The position numbers were made by a program, and so were the translations under genes. A model generated the notes under the pieces. That model ran no database searches, was not told the DNA's origin, and saw nothing but the letters and a program-made list of their open reading frames with translations. This document shows, piece after piece, positions 61,563 through 64,000 of a stretch of 64,000 bases of DNA. How positions within the stretch are numbered: position 1 is the stretch's first letter; the number at the start of each line of letters is the position of its first letter. Origin of the DNA: Amphiscolops sp. MND2022 (Eukaryota). The stretch covers positions 22,074,001 through 22,138,000 of the forward strand of contig OZ076409.1 in assembly GCA_964187785.1 (NCBI GenBank). The letters run 5' to 3'.

Positions 61563-64000
61563 CTAGAGTTTCACCATTAGCGGCCGCTGCACGTACTCCT
61601 CCCTGCTGTTGATGGTTGGGTTCAGCGATTGAATGTATAAGGCCTCCAAGGTTAAAAGTTTCGACAGACAAGGGCAATTAAGGAGGATTGTTATTTCCGG
61701 TTGATTCCCAGCACAGGATAAAAGGTGTGAACCGACAGGTGCTGAGTCCTTCAGGTGTTCTGTCACTCGTGTTTTGAGATGTCGGCTTGTCTGGCCGACG
61801 TAGCAAGCCGCGCAGCTCGTACATGTGATTTTATATACAACACGACTACAGTAATCCTTCGAGACTTTGGTCTTGAGCGAGGGAAGGGCTGATTTCATCT
61901 TACAGGTTGTGAAGATGATATTTATGTCCTGTGAGATGTTCTTAACTTTCTTCGACATCTTGTCCGACATTTTGCCTCTGCATTGTAAAAAAGGCAACTT
62001 TTGATTCTCTTCTCCGAAACGATTGGTCGGCTACCCGCCTGCTCCACCTGGTCCGGGTTCTCGTGAATAATCTTCGCGATAACCCCTCTCACGAGTGGGT
62101 CATAAAACGCGGGTGGATACTGATTGCGTTCCCAGATCACCTAAGCTTTCTCCAATCCTGTGTGAAAAGCCGCCACGTAGAACTGGCGTGGTGGATACGA
62201 TGGACCATGCCTGCCACGGTGTTGCGCTTAAATCTCGTCGGCGCGGAAGCGTGATACGACAGACACAATCCTGTGTCAGTTGGTTTCGTATACCAATCAG
62301 AGTGTAGGCGCTGGTCAGATCTCGTGAGCAACATATCCAGAAACGGGATCGAACCTCCATCCTCGGTTTTCAATGAACTCCAAATTGGGATGAAGTGCGT
62401 TCACTCTGGCCAAAATGCCGTCTACGTCATGTTTCATGCTCCACAAGATGTCATCCATATAACGGTGAAATATCTTGGCACGGGGTTCCCGGTGTCCAGC
62501 CGTTGCTCTTGTGCATCCGCAGTGCCATGACCCAACGGCTACTCTTCTTATCTGCTGTACGCTCATGTCAAGGCATGCCCTGTGGTACCAGAAGGCACAA
62601 CGATTACACTATATCGAATATCCCCGTCTCGTTACACGACTTCCGCATTTTCCACATGGGTCTCTGTCAGCTGCAGTAACCGGGCTCTGCCATGTGGTGA
62701 CGGTGTCCACGATCTCCTCGCTTCCACCACCTAGAAACGGTTCAAACTTGAGCCAGATGTTCGCCAAGAAAACAGCCAACTTAGATCCCATGGCCAGACC
62801 ATCTCTCTTATCTCTCTGGTATCAATTATGACCAACCTGGAGACATACATCTTTGACGGCTAGTTTCATCAACTCTACAGAGGTCTCCTTGCTAAAATCA
62901 AGAACGCTGGTCTCCACCAATTCTCCGGCTAGTGCAATCGACTCATCAACCGGGACGTTGGTATAGAGACTCTTGACGTCAAGGGAAATCATTACTTCAT
63001 CTCGATCCAACTCAGCCGCCGCAATGCTATTCCGTACCTTTTCAGTAGAGGTCTCTAAACCCGCCCCTACTACCTGGTCGAACAGCTTGGCAAGCTCATT
63101 TGTCAGGTTCTCATAGCAGCTACCTGGCAAGGAGAGGACGGGGCGAAGAGGAACATCCTTTTTATGGACCTTCGCCAATCCGTAAAGTCGCGCCGGCTGG
63201 GCTCCGCAGCTCCGGGAGCGTTCATAGAAAGACTGGCTGATCTTACCAGCCTTGAAGAGCCTCATTAGCTTCCTGTTGAACCTGGTCTCTTCGTCAATTA
63301 CGAAGCAGTCGGGCTTCTGAATGTCCATTTGCTGAACTGAGGAGCGTCCATTTCTGCCTCAAGCTTGCCCCAGTACACCTGCTCAGACATCAGGCAAAAA
63401 AACCCAACCCCTTGTCAAAGGGGACCGCCTTGATACCACTCTTCTTCAGGAAAATGCTCACCTTGCCCAGTGTCCTGTCGACAGTAAAAGAGTTTGTCTG
63501 CTTCCTATACCACACCGCCGCAGCATTGAGCTCATTCAACAGCTCAGGTTCCGACCGCTGCATGTCCTTTAGACATCGATCCATGTCAGCCATGAACGAA
63601 AATCCATCGAATTTGCTCCATACCGGATGTCTTGGCCCCATCGATAGGAAGTCTCTGACGAAGCTTGGTATCTGTAAATCCCCCAACACGCGGACATTAT
63701 TTCCAGTGGTCAAAAGCGGTTTTTCCTGCTCATTAGACAACGCATGCAGCTTCTTGGAATGGCGCTCTCTGATGTCCCTCTTGTGCCGACGCAATTCCAA
63801 GCGCGTGTAAAGTGAGACTGAAGGCAATAGACCAGTGGGACACATGCTGGACAGGGCGTCGCGTGCCTCCGGTAAGTCTTTCTCGTGCTCGCGGACCGTA
63901 CCTCTTGCCGCAGCAATCTCTTTCCGCAGATGTCGTTTTTGGAAATTTCTCACTATCGTTATTTCGAAGCAACCATTGTCGGGCACCCTGAATCTCAGAA
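61563..64000 (-). mobile_element. Penelope-like element 2: RT with PHD insert plus GIY-YIG, degenerate, continues beyond the window
   Basis: PFDKG, PARLYGLAKVHKKDVPLRPV, SLDVKSLYTNVP, MGS, RYMDD, IPFLD, WYTKPT, VVYKITC..CYVGQTSRHL. Confidence 0.93.

Overview
Eukaryotic (probably invertebrate animal) DNA made up almost entirely of nested and decaying transposable elements; I found no clear host gene. In order: (1) the 3' ~15 kb of a large Gypsy/Ty3 LTR element with pol, an ~8 kb extra region carrying antisense ORFs (one with a BED-like zinc finger), and a probable 3.3 kb 3' LTR with an internal 1.08 kb duplication; (2) Helentron-like non-autonomous repeats; (3) a complete 18.8 kb minus-strand Gypsy element (269 bp LTRs, TSD, PBS, PPT) with gag, pol, a chuvirus-G/herpes-gB-like env and accessory ORFs, inserted in a ~2.7 kb tandem repeat; (4) an LTR remnant, a CR1-like LINE relic, a MULE transposase relic and MITEs; (5) two divergent Penelope-like elements, both with a PHD finger inside the RT; (6) a CRE-like non-LTR element split by a full-length Copia whose two LTRs carry the same MITE; (7) a tandem TRIM whose 167 bp LTRs each contain a tRNA-like gene. 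All family calls come from motif recognition by eye; no database searches were run.
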